DNA of 64,000 bases, taken from contig QPGO01000102.1 in NCBI GenBank assembly GCA_008632985.1, positions 124,001 to 188,000 of the forward strand, written 5' to 3'. The notes beneath the pieces are model-generated. The model was given only the letters and a program-made list of their open reading frames with translations. It had not been told where the DNA came from and ran no database searches. The DNA is from Psammoneis japonica (taxonomy: Eukaryota). The position numbers and the translations under genes are program-made. Shown piece after piece: positions 1-10,200 of the stretch (positions within the stretch are counted from its first letter, which is position 1; the number at the start of each line of letters is the position of its first letter).

Positions 1-71
1 GTGGTTGGAATGAAGCACAGCAGCTGGGTTGCACCGCCGAGCAGCTCCTTGGGGCCGGTTGCAAGATCGAG

Positions 72-1218
72 TTGGTGGGTGATCAGGCCACCTTTGTGAA
101 ACCGGAGGTCCTGCCTTTTTGCAGCGGCAAAAGCGAGGAGGCAGCCAAGCCCGCGGCCAAAGTGGTTGCGAAAGCAACGGCGGAAGAGGAAGAAGAAGGA
201 AAGCAATTTCCGGACCCCAACGATCCGTCATTCGACTTGTGGGACTGGGTGTTGCGGCACGAAAAATCCGATAAATTCCAGGAGTCCATGTGCCTGATGA
301 AGGATGCGCCGAACAATCCCAACCTCTGGTTCCCCGCACTGGGAGAACTGGGGTGCATCAGGAGCGACCCTGAAGCCGTCGCGAATGCTCACAGCAAACA
401 CTGCAAGTGGGTGTGGAGGTGCCGCACGGAAGTCGGCGAGAGGGGCATCCCAGACTCGACGCCGAAGAGCAACAAAGTGTTCAAGACCGCCATCGAGGCT
501 TTCGAAGCGGGGTGGTTGCTCGCACTGGTCTGTCTCGTGAAGAGAGCAAGTGCAGAAGTGTGCACATTTGGATGAGGCGCCGCGTCACTTAACCTGCGTT
601 GTTTTGCCTCGAAAAGTCCGTTCGCTCCGCAGGCCCCAAGGAGGTGGAGGTGGGCGAGCTGCGCGTGTCACAACGGAGGGGCGCAGGCATTGGTTTTTTT
701 GCCTTGTGCCAGTTCCAGAAAGGCAGCACGGTTGGAATCTACGTGGGCCCCAGGGTGCCCGGTACGACGAGGAGCCACTCGTGGTGCGACCACGACAGCA
801 AGTTTGGAGAAGACCACAGCGTGTGCTGCTCCACCATCCGTGACAGCGAGGGCCACTGTGTCACAGTGGAGCCAAAACGCTTGATTTTAGTGGTCCAGGG
901 AACAAGAGTTCCCATCCACTCTACCTCAGAATGCACTGCGTGAACGATGCCACCGAGTCGTTCAAGGACAAGAAGAAGATCAAGGCAAGCCAACACACGG
1001 ACAACAACTGCAAGTTCTACAACGACGGGTGCTTGGCAGTCACGAAGCGAATCATGCCCGGGGAGGAATTTCTCTGCAGATGCAACTTGGACGAATCGGA
1101 GAAGAAGAAGAAGAAGAGGAAGGCGACGTCGGGTGCCATGAATCGGAAGAAGAAATCGTGTCTACTCCCCAAGTCGGGGGGGAGAAGCTCTACGTCTGGC
1201 AAAATGTCTGCCATGTAG
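72..1218 (+). pseudogene. SET-domain (protein-lysine methyltransferase-like) gene, disrupted
   Basis: Frame 599-943 has 'VSQRRGAGIGFFA...KGSTVGIYVG' (SET motif I/II). After a frameshift near 900, frame 931-1218 has 'PLYLRMHCVND...NNCKF...AVTKRIMPGEEFLCRCN' (the SET NHS-like and GEEL.xxY motifs, with Tyr read as Cys). ORF 72-575 may be the N-terminal part of the same gene. Confidence 0.65.
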
Positions 1219-1328
1219 TGTGCTCTGTAAATTAGCAGCACAGTGTGTTGGTGTTTTTCAGCGAAACTGTGGCATTGGTTGGAAAGGCGTGGCCCCAATT
1301 GTGGTTCGAAAAATGGGAACGAGGAAGA

Positions 1329-1455
1329 ACAGAAAGTCGGTAAATTTACGCAAATCCAGCAAATTAGCAGGTGCCTGCACAGTCGCCTGAGCACAGAAAG
1401 TCAGTAAATTTACGCAAATTTAGCAAGTTATTTTGCACCATCACAGTCGCCTGAG
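1329..1455. repeat. Short imperfect tandem duplication (about 64-bp period)
   Basis: acagaaagtc(g/a)gtaaatttacgcaaat at 1329 and 1393; cacagtcgcctgag occurs twice. Confidence 0.7.
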
Positions 1456-2583
1456 AATGGTCTCTTCCTCTAGAGAAAGGGGGATCGAATTGTTGTTCTT
1501 GCCCACTGCAGCACTCTTCAGGTGGAGAGACATGCAAAAGAACTCGTCGTTTGAGTTTGTCCTGCTGGAGATGCAGTGGCACTTGGTGGGGTTAAAAATG
1601 ATGACATCACCAAGCCGGAGTGCAACGGAGATGCCTTCGGTGGGGAAGCAGAAGCATGCCACAATCCCGTCATTCATGGTGCAGCTGCCGGACGGAGGGA
1701 CTCCCACCACGGTGACTGCTGACAGGAAGAAGTCCTGGTCCCAATGGGCATTGAGGAAGACATTGCGCCCAGCCGCCAGAGAGGAGAAAATGCCATCTGA
1801 CCGCACCAGGGATTTCCAGTTGTGAAACTTTTTGACACGAGCGACACCCTCAAGGATGGCACAGTCCACGTGCTCATTGACAAGGTGCTCCATGCGTGAA
1901 AGAAGTCTGGTGAGGTGGTGAGTGTGTTGGTCGGCCATGCCAGGCTGCTTGCAAGAAATTGGAGTGTCCCTCGTGGCAGCCAGGCCAATCGTGGAACACT
2001 TGCTCCTGTCCGTCTCCATGAAGGTGACGCGTTGTTTGCCGCGCACAGTGGACTGGGCGGTGCAGCATTCTAGTGCTTCGAGCGCTCGGCACTGAGCAAC
2101 TAGTTCTGCTGGGTTGGGGGAGCTGAACACCACAGCAGAATGCGGCAGCAGGGTGCAGGTGTTGTCGCAGCGGCAACCGTCCAAGCCAAAGAAAGGCTTC
2201 AGATCGAGCACAGGGTCACAGACGACCAGAGGAGCCAATTCGGCAAAGTCAATGTCAGCAAGACAAGGTGGTGCAGGCTGAGTGCAGTCACCGTTATAAA
2301 CTAGAGTGCGGTCAGCTACGCAGTGTACGGAGAGACTCTCAGTGGCGCACGGTGCGAGTGGAACGAGGCCAGCAATCTTGGATGTTTTCCTGCTGGCGCG
2401 GCTGCGGATTCGCCTGCGGCTGCGGCGGGCCTTACGAAGTGGCGGTTGAGCCCTCAACACGTTCTCGTACATCCTGGTGCGCATTGACGATGCGGTGTTC
2501 GCAGAGAACGTGTGTGCGAACTTGCCGGTAAATGTTCCGCTGCTTGACACTGTCGACGTGTTCCAGTCCCAGGTGACGCACAA
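1441..2583 (-). CDS. 2OG-Fe(II) dioxygenase-like protein with TET/JBP-type motif layout (TA-scarred, possibly dead)
   Basis: 'RNVFLNAHWDQDF' (HxD at 1738-1746), then 'FCFPTEGISVALRLGDVIIFNPTKCHCISSR' (distal His at about 1576), as in double-stranded beta-helix dioxygenases. The canonical R-x-S-x-V-x-Y strand is not clearly present. True start uncertain. Confidence 0.55.
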   Translation of the reverse strand: MCVTWDWNTSTVSSSGTFTGKFAHTFSANTASSMRTRMYENVLRAQPPLRKARRSRRRIRSRASRKTSKIAGLVPLAPCATESLSVHCVADRTLVYNGDCTQPAPPCLADIDFAELAPLVVCDPVLDLKPFFGLDGCRCDNTCTLLPHSAVVFSSPNPAELVAQCRALEALECCTAQSTVRGKQRVTFMETDRSKCSTIGLAATRDTPISCKQPGMADQHTHHLTRLLSRMEHLVNEHVDCAILEGVARVKKFHNWKSLVRSDGIFSSLAAGRNVFLNAHWDQDFFLSAVTVVGVPPSGSCTMNDGIVACFCFPTEGISVALRLGDVIIFNPTKCHCISSRTNSNDEFFCMSLHLKSAAVGKNNNSIPLSLEEETILRRL

Positions 2584-3131
2584 AACGACAATCGGATTTT
2601 GAATATAATTTATGTATGTTTTAGTGTATAGAGCATTTTAATAAAAATACTTAGACGGATTGACTTTTATAGGCTTCTAGAGTATGAACATTTAAATAGT
2701 TTTTTGAGGGGTATTCAAATCCTCATAGGATATGTATCATAAACTTCCTCAGTAGACTCAATACTGATTGTACGTCAGTAGATTTATACTGAGATTTTTT
2801 TGTAGGTAGAAAACCTACCAAGTAGCATCGTAGAAAGATATATTTAGGTAACATCCAAATAACGGCAATATTTTCGCCGAAAATCATCCGTTGTGTTACG
2901 AATCTTTTAACGCAATGAAAAACATAGATAGCACAATAACAATGATATTGCAACACTCACACGAGTCTTGTTAGTGTTGCAAAACATTTATATTTGAATA
3001 AATCTATACTTTTGGTGGTGAAAGTTCGATCGTAAGTTAGGGACCGCGCAAAAATCGCGCAAATGTCGTTTTTGTGCACGATTTGGTTCACGTGCGGCTG
3101 GAACACGTCTGTCACTGTCGTCTCAACAGTG

Positions 3132-3295
3132 CCCAAAGCAGAACTCTGTCGACAGGGACCGGCGGACTCCAGGGGAGTGGGGTCAAAACCCAATCGAGAG
3201 ATGTGTCTGCTTTCCGTTGCCTCAAGAGCACCCAAAGCAAAACTCTGTTGACAGGGACCGGCGGACTCCAGGGGAGTGGGGTCGAAACCTAATCG
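3132..3295. repeat. Direct repeat, two ~65-bp copies 99 bp apart
   Basis: cccaaagca(g/a)aactctgt(c/t)gacagggaccggcggactccaggggagtggggtc.aaacc.aatcg at 3132 and 3231. Confidence 0.85.
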
Positions 3296-3880
3296 CAAGA
3301 AGCATTTGCTTGTTGTCGGGCTGCGAGCTGCACATCCCAAACCCCCACACTGTCGAGACCGGCTGTAACTCGATCGCGACAAGTGCTTGTCGTTGGCAGG
3401 ACGACGCAGCGAGGCACGAGGCAGTTGCGACATGGTGTGTCTCAATTTGAAATGTGTTTCAAAACACAATGACGGAAGTGTTGTCACGTTGTTTTTGTCT
3501 CCGCGGAGGGAGGATCATCCCATGGCAATCTCAGTGCGAGTTCTCGCGTAGAAGTGCGTTGCGTGCCGTGCCAGCTCGTGCGTTTGAATTGCACGGACAT
3601 GCAAGTGCGGCGATGATGAGAAGCAGTCCGAGATTCAAAACAAATTTTACCACCTAAAGGCGTCTTGTTGTTTCAACGCATCTACATGTCTGTTTAAAAT
3701 GACTTCACACGTCGCTCCATGCGCAGGCAGAGGTGGCACGCCGCGTTTGAAAATTTCGCGCGCGCAGAGGGCGCGACGGCAATTTTACGCATTCTGCGCA
3801 CGTCACAGTTTGGTTTGGAAACGCGACATCTGGTCAAACCCGCTGCAAGCAAGGTTGATGTTGCCACAAGGTTGGGTGCG

Positions 3881-4750
3881 ATGAACCATCGTTGCAGAAG
3901 TGTTAGGGAGTTTTGTCTTCAAACGGCTCCGGACTCCGCGCTCCAGAGCAGGCGTGTCTCCGGAGACGGAAGCGGATCTTCGCACGGCGGCGAAGTTGGC
4001 TTCGCTTTGAGCAGCGAAGTGTTTTTGAACGAACGCCTTCTTGGCGTGAATCACACCTGCGACACATCTGTCGACATGGGCGGGGGAGTTGCCGGACCCA
4101 GCATCGGGCTCAAGTTACTTCGTCGCCGTTGCACCGTGGTGAGCATCGAGGCCAACCACGATCGTCACCAAGAGGCTGTGCGTTGGGCTCATCGTGCTGG
4201 CCTTCGCTCGAACGGCGGGCCAGAGTTGATCAACAAGTCATTCTTGGACAAGAGGCTGGCTCCTTTGTGGAAAAAGAAAGGACTCAAGGTGTTCTTCAAC
4301 AACTGCAACTCCCGCATGGTCGACGACAAGAACACACAGCAGAAGGCAGAGGCGATGCTTTCGAAGTTGTGACGTGCTGGGACCGTGGTGGTGGCACCAG
4401 ATCCGCTGTTCGCGTCGCACGCGGGAGAGTGGATGCACGAGTCCTTCACGGTGGATTGCCATGATGGCGACTTTTTGTGGCACAGCGGAGACGTGAAACA
4501 TCTCGTCTTCCACAAGTGCACCAAGAAAGAGGAGACTTCTCAGTCAACCAGCCAGCACATGCGACGTCCCACTCCGACACACTTGGAACGGAAGCATTTG
4601 CCCGTCGCGAAACAGCCAATTTTACTTAAGAACTCAACTGAACTGTTTTTTTACTGTCACTGCACTGGACGTCACACGCCAGTTGCTCTGCTCAATTTGC
4701 CATTGCTTCGCGGTGACGTAAAGTTGTTGTCGGAGATGGTGCACACTTGA
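3881..4750 (+). pseudogene. DOT1-like class I SAM-dependent methyltransferase with one in-frame TGA (4370-4372)
   Basis: Motif order matches DOT1: 'HGGEV' (YGE-like), 'DTSVDMGGGVA' (motif I), 'VVSIEAN' (post-I acidic), 'INKSFLD', 'VFFNN', then after the stop 'AGTVVVAPDPL'. ORFs 3719-4372 and 4385-4750 share a frame. Confidence 0.6.
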
Positions 4751-5711
4751 AGAGACAGAGGAAAGCTGAGTTGCAATCGACACTTGGTTTACCAAACATT
4801 TGCAAATTTACACTGCACCGGCCAAAAAAAGAAACAACTTGGTCTTCGTCGCTGTCCTGAAGCACCAAGTCGTCATCGACGTTCAGGTCAACTTCGCAGT
4901 TGAGCTCGACATCATCATCGGCCTCTTCTCCAGCTTCTTCCACCGGAGCTCCAATGAGACGACAGAGTTCCACAGGCAACGACCCCTCGCAGAAGCAACT
5001 GTGAAGCAAGTTCTTGTTTTGGGCGCACCAACCGATGTGAAACTGACCACCTTCCTTCTGAAGCTCGGCAAGCGCCGCCTCGTTGCCGATCACTTCGGAC
5101 CAAACAGCATCCTTCATCCAGAAGAAGTCGTCTTCAACGAAGACCTCGGTGTTGTTCTCAGGGTCATCGTTCAGCTGCTTTGCAATGCACTTCCCGAGGC
5201 CGCGCACCCCAGCATCGGTTGGGACTTCTTCGAGGAAGATGAAGAAGAGACGCACGGCGCAGTTCTTGGCGTTCGTCTGCAACTCGCCCTCGTGAACCCA
5301 CCTGCCAGCGTAAGGGTGGAATCCGACTTGAACCGCCCACGGAGTCCTGCTGCGAAGGTCATCAAACAGAACCTTCTCCGACCAAACATTGGTTGAAAGG
5401 GGATTCTTGGCTTGGAGACGAAAAACGACGCCTTTCTTGCGGCCGACAGTGACAGTGGCGCAGCGCAGGAGGGCGACCTTGTCGGAATGGCTGCCATCGT
5501 CAGAACCGGCGGATTTGGAAAGCTTGAACCCGTGCTTGGCAAGGCAGTCTTCCGGTTTAAGGTCGTTGTCGGTCAAGCCATTGGTCTTGCGGGGCGGACT
5601 TAGTTTCTTCAACAGAGCATCAGAAAACTTCGTCTTTGCCTTCTTCTGTTTGGTTTCAGCGACTTTGGCTTTCGCAGCCGGGGAGGTCGTTGTGTTTCTT
5701 TTGCGTGCCAT
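4692..5711 (-). CDS. Hypothetical protein (basic N-terminus, globular core, acidic tail)
   Basis: Long open frame (ORF 4692-5891) with a likely ATG at 'MARKRNTTT'. Protein-like composition; no family recognised. Confidence 0.5.
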   Translation of the reverse strand: MARKRNTTTSPAAKAKVAETKQKKAKTKFSDALLKKLSPPRKTNGLTDNDLKPEDCLAKHGFKLSKSAGSDDGSHSDKVALLRCATVTVGRKKGVVFRLQAKNPLSTNVWSEKVLFDDLRSRTPWAVQVGFHPYAGRWVHEGELQTNAKNCAVRLFFIFLEEVPTDAGVRGLGKCIAKQLNDDPENNTEVFVEDDFFWMKDAVWSEVIGNEAALAELQKEGGQFHIGWCAQNKNLLHSCFCEGSLPVELCRLIGAPVEEAGEEADDDVELNCEVDLNVDDDLVLQDSDEDQVVSFFGRCSVNLQMFGKPSVDCNSAFLCLFKCAPSPTTTLRHREAMAN

Positions 5712-6261
5712 CGAATCAGTCGGAGAGAAATTGTGGGAACAAAAAGTGCGATCGTTCAGAAGTGCCAAGAAAGACCCAGCAGAGCTGCGTGCATCACACC
5801 AAGGAGAACTGGCAACGTCAGCAACCAGATTCAAACACGTCGAACTGCAACAAGGTAACCTTCCAGGTGTCAGCACTTGCAAGTGGTGCATGGATTCAAT
5901 TTGAACAAAACAGACACAAGGATCAGAGCACGCAAAGTCGCACTAAGTTTGCTGAAAATGCGTAAAATCACGTGCAATTCCGTCCGTGCTTCGTGTGCAT
6001 TTCAGCCGTTGCTGCCGCGCGGCCATCGCGCACGAAATCTAGTCGCCAAACGGTCGATGCCATCGCTGTCACTACATGCTGTACCTGGCAGTTAGCTGAG
6101 GTGGGCCCATCACCCATTTGGAGGATTCGCGCGCACTTTGGAAACACGAATGATGTCAATCGCATTGTCATTGCCACACGACTGACTCAGCTGCCCCGCC
6201 ACTCGTCAAAGCATGATTCTACGGAATTTACGTAAAGCTGCGCCCACCACCAAGATTGCCG

Positions 6262-6365
6262 AAACAACTTGAACAAGATCCGAATCTTGCCCCATGGAAT
6301 GTTCAGAGCAGATGGTCGAAACAACTTGAACAAGATCCAAATCTTGTCCCATGGGATGTTCAACG
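6262..6365. repeat. 57-bp-period tandem duplication (NNLNKI.IL.HGMF x2)
   Basis: aaacaacttgaacaagatcc.aatcttg.cccatgg.atgttca occurs at about 6262 and 6319. Confidence 0.8.
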
Positions 6366-6517
6366 TCGACGAAACTAAGCAGGACATCGTGCGTCTGGTG
6401 CGAAGAAGGACGTGGGAGGAACGCACACGTCACTCTTCCGTCGAGGTGAAAGAGGCACACTTTCGTCTCACTTTTTTGTGACAGAACCTTTGCGCAAAGG
6501 GAAACGAAAAGCATCCA

Positions 6518-7200
6518 ACTGCGGTGATTGGGCCACACCGATCGCAGTTCTCAGTTCTCACAGTGACCTGGCAACGCAGGTTGTGAGATGACGCACAAGC
6601 TCAGCTGCGGTGACTGGGTGACACCAGTCGCAGCTCTCACAGAGACCTGGTCGCACAGGTTGTGAGAACACGACACAACGCTGCGGTGATCGGACAGCAC
6701 TGACGCAGTTCGTCAAGCAACTAATTCACTTGGCTGCGGTGACTGGACGACACCAGTCGCAGCTCTCACAGCGACCTGATTGCACAGGTTGTGAGCAAAC
6801 AACACAGCGCTGCACCTCGTAATGCAGGTTGTGAGATGACGCACAAGCTCAGCTGCGGTGACTGGACGACACCAGTCGCAGCTCTCACAGAGACCTGATC
6901 GCACAGGTTGTGAGAACACGACACAACACTGCGGTGATCGGGTGGCACCGACGCAGTTCGTCAAGCAACTGGTTGGCTCGGCTGCGGTGACTGGACAGCA
7001 CCAGTCGCAGCACTCACAGCGACCTGATTGCACAGGTTGTGAGAAGACGACACAGCGCTGTGGTGAACGGGCAGCACCGACGCGGTTCGTTGATCAACTG
7101 GACAGAACCACTGCGGTGACTGGACGACACCAGTCGCAGTGCTGCAGGTGGCGAGAAAACACACATCGCTGTGGTGATTGGATGGCACCGATCGCAGCTT
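6518..7200. repeat. Tandem array (129-bp period) built from ~10 copies of a 28-29-bp imperfect palindrome plus a second hairpin motif
   Basis: ctg(c/t)ggtga...cacc..tcgcag-type units at about 6519, 6605, 6681, 6734, 6853, 6929, 6982, 7058, 7111 and 7169. Spacing 6605-6734, 6853-6982 and 6982-7111 is 129 bp. Confidence 0.85.
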
Positions 7201-7284
7201 CACGGTGATCGCACCGAAAAAACAACTGTTTTTGCTGAGTGACTTCTTGAAATTTGTCGAGTCAAAGCATCAGCTTAAATTAAA

Positions 7285-10200
7285 ATGGACGAGGCCAACT
7301 CCCGTGTTTGCAATGCAATCAATGGAAAGTTTGAGATGCTTTGTCTGCACAGAGACGGAGAATTTAGACCACACGCATGTTTGGTCTGTGGCGTTCTGCT
7401 GAAACCTAGAGAAGTTTGCTGCTTGCCACTCGAAACATTGGAATCAGCAAGAAACTTGCTCACCCCTTCAGACTGGAACAGCGCATCTGATCGTCTCAAG
7501 TCCTGCTGCACTGTAGAGCATGAAGATGCTGATTGGATCAAAGACCTGCTGCTTTCTCCCCGCGCCCAATGCGCAGTGCAGGAAGACAGACGACGTGTCG
7601 ACGGATTCACTTGCTGCAGCGAATGCTGAAGAAGCCTGGGAAGAGCCATCATGCCAATGTGCGCGACAGCGAACAACTGCTGTTTCGGCACCCCGCCGCA
7701 CGAACTGTTGTCCCCAACCGAGGTGGAATTGGCAATGCTCACACCAGTGAAAACATGCGGGTGCTGCTTCAGTTGCCTTGGCGGCAAACAGAAGAAGCTT
7801 CAGGGAAGTCTGACATGCTACAAAGTCAAGGTGCAAAGCATCATAAGAACTGTTGTGCACTTCGACGTGCTGAATTTACATCAGAATGTGATTTGCACTG
7901 ATGACTGGAAAGATGACTCCGGAGCAAAGACAACTTGCGCGTTCAAAGAACAGAATTAGGACGCACTGCATGCCAAGGGCGATGGAATGGCTGTTGCACC
8001 ACAACCAAGAGTGGGTGTGCCAACAGACAAATCTAGACGAAGTTGGGCGTGATCTGCGGAATCCTGCACTTGTCGACAGCACCGGCGAAGAAGAAGGAGA
8101 AAATGCAAATGTTGAGACCTCAGAGTCATTTCACATTTGCTTTCCTGATGGAACCATGTCTCCTGCGACCGGTGGTCAGTGCAACCTGGACTGCTTCAAA
8201 GATCTTGTGCACGAAGCTGCTGCCAACGGATTTGATTTAGAGGTGCAAGCACAGTTGTCTGAAGAATCTGCGAGTGATTTCAAAGGCAACAACTTCATCA
8301 ATGCGTGTCTGCTGCAGTTTCCTTTTGGCAGAGGAGGAATCAATGAGACGAGAATGAAGAAAGACGGAAGTCTTGCAGACAGCACCAACCTTGCACACTG
8401 TGCCAACCACTTGGCACGGATTTCCCAGCCTCACTTCCACGAGCAGCTCTTCGTGTTAACATGCCACAACTTGACAATGAAGCAAAGGATGCTGCAGAGC
8501 ACAGGGTGGAAAGTCAGGGACAAGAATCAGGCTGCACAGTTTGCAAACGAACTGACAGTGGACGATGTGGACAGAGCTGTTTGTGATCGCAACTTGGGTG
8601 AGAGAAGAGATTGTGGACTCGGGCACCACTTTTTGCGCGCACTCGACGTTGCATCTGCATCTCTGCCACACAGCAACGAAGCGGCAAAGAAAATGAGGAG
8701 AAACGCCGAAACTCATCAGCATCATTTTGGTCAGGGTGGCATTTTCTTGACCGTCAGTCCGGACGATGCAAATTCGTTTCTTGTGCAACTGCACTCGGGT
8801 GTCATCCTGGACCCAAACGAAGACGTGACACAACTGACGGACGAAATTCTTGCCAGCAGGGCTGAGCAACGTAATGAGCTGCGTCTAAAGTTTCCCAGTC
8901 TAACAGCCTTTGCATTCGAGTGCTTGTTTGACATTGCAACGGAAGAGGCAGTGGGTTGGGATCTGAGTGCCAACCAACCAAGAGAAAACTTTAACTTCTG
9001 CGTTGGCAGGCCAGCCGCATTTTTAGCCGCAGTTGAGGAGCAGGGACGTCTGACAGTGCACGGACACATGCAGATCTGGTTCGCATCGATCAACAATGCA
9101 AGAGAGAAACTGCATTCACCAATGAGACAGATCCGACGCGAAGGTGCTGATTGCCTTGCCAACACAGTTCAGAAGATCTGCAGCACGGAATTAATCTGTG
9201 GCGAGGACTTCAGCACCAACGCGTTGCGTGAAGCATTCGATCATGACTGCACAGCACCAAAAATGTGTCGCACCTCTCCAAAAGCAGCAGACGACCAACA
9301 GCTAAGAAACCTGAGGCATGAAGACGGCCAGCAGTCGAAGAACGGAATGTTTGCTTGTTGTCGTCACTGCACCAAGTGCTGGACAAACGTCGAGTTTGTA
9401 GAAAGCTTTTTGCAGTCACGGCACCGTGTGCCTGGCCTGACTCGCCATCCAGATGACCATGCAAAGCAACTAAAAGCAATGTGTGTACAACACCAGCGAA
9501 GTGGTCCGCAAGGGACAATGGAGGCATGCATGCCGGACGCAGCTTACAACCATCACATGCACGTTACGAAGTCGTGTTTTCCCAAATGCGCAGAGTTACG
9601 TAAAATGCGCAAAAAAACCCCACACGAGGAACTGGACGCGCTGTCAAGGAAAAGGAAACGAGAGGAGCTCAAACTGGGTGACTGCCGTCACAGGCAACCA
9701 GCTGCTTCGTGTCCAAATAATTTGGCAAGGAACGCAGATGACACTCAGATAAAGTGGTTCAGCTGGGATGGGACTTTTACGCATCGGTGCGTGAAGGAAG
9801 TTGTTCCGAAGAGGAGAAAGTGCGATGCTTTTCAAAACGTGCCGTGCCCTGCAACAAGCAGATCAAAACTGACATGCAACACAAACATTGCTTTGTTGAT
9901 GCCTGGACCGTCTGCTCAACACACGATCAAGCACATCCTAAAAGATGCCCAGAAAGATGACACTGCATCGTACGACAAAGTGCTTCGAACTGCGAACAGG
10001 ACAGCGACGGAATTACGGAAACACGCATCTGATGCATCGGAAGCAATCAGACGTCTCACATGGGGTGCTCACTCGCATGACAAGACGAACGTCATTGGAC
10101 CACCACTTGCGTCTTACATGACAAGGAACAGAAGCCGTTTCATCGAATCTCATTTGACCGCATGGTGCCCCTTGAAAGACATTGTCAGCACACTAGAAAG

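Noticed and set aside
6518..7200. CRISPR-like appearance of the palindromic array
   Set aside because: The intervening sequences are themselves repeated, the units are degenerate, no cas genes are present and the context is eukaryotic.
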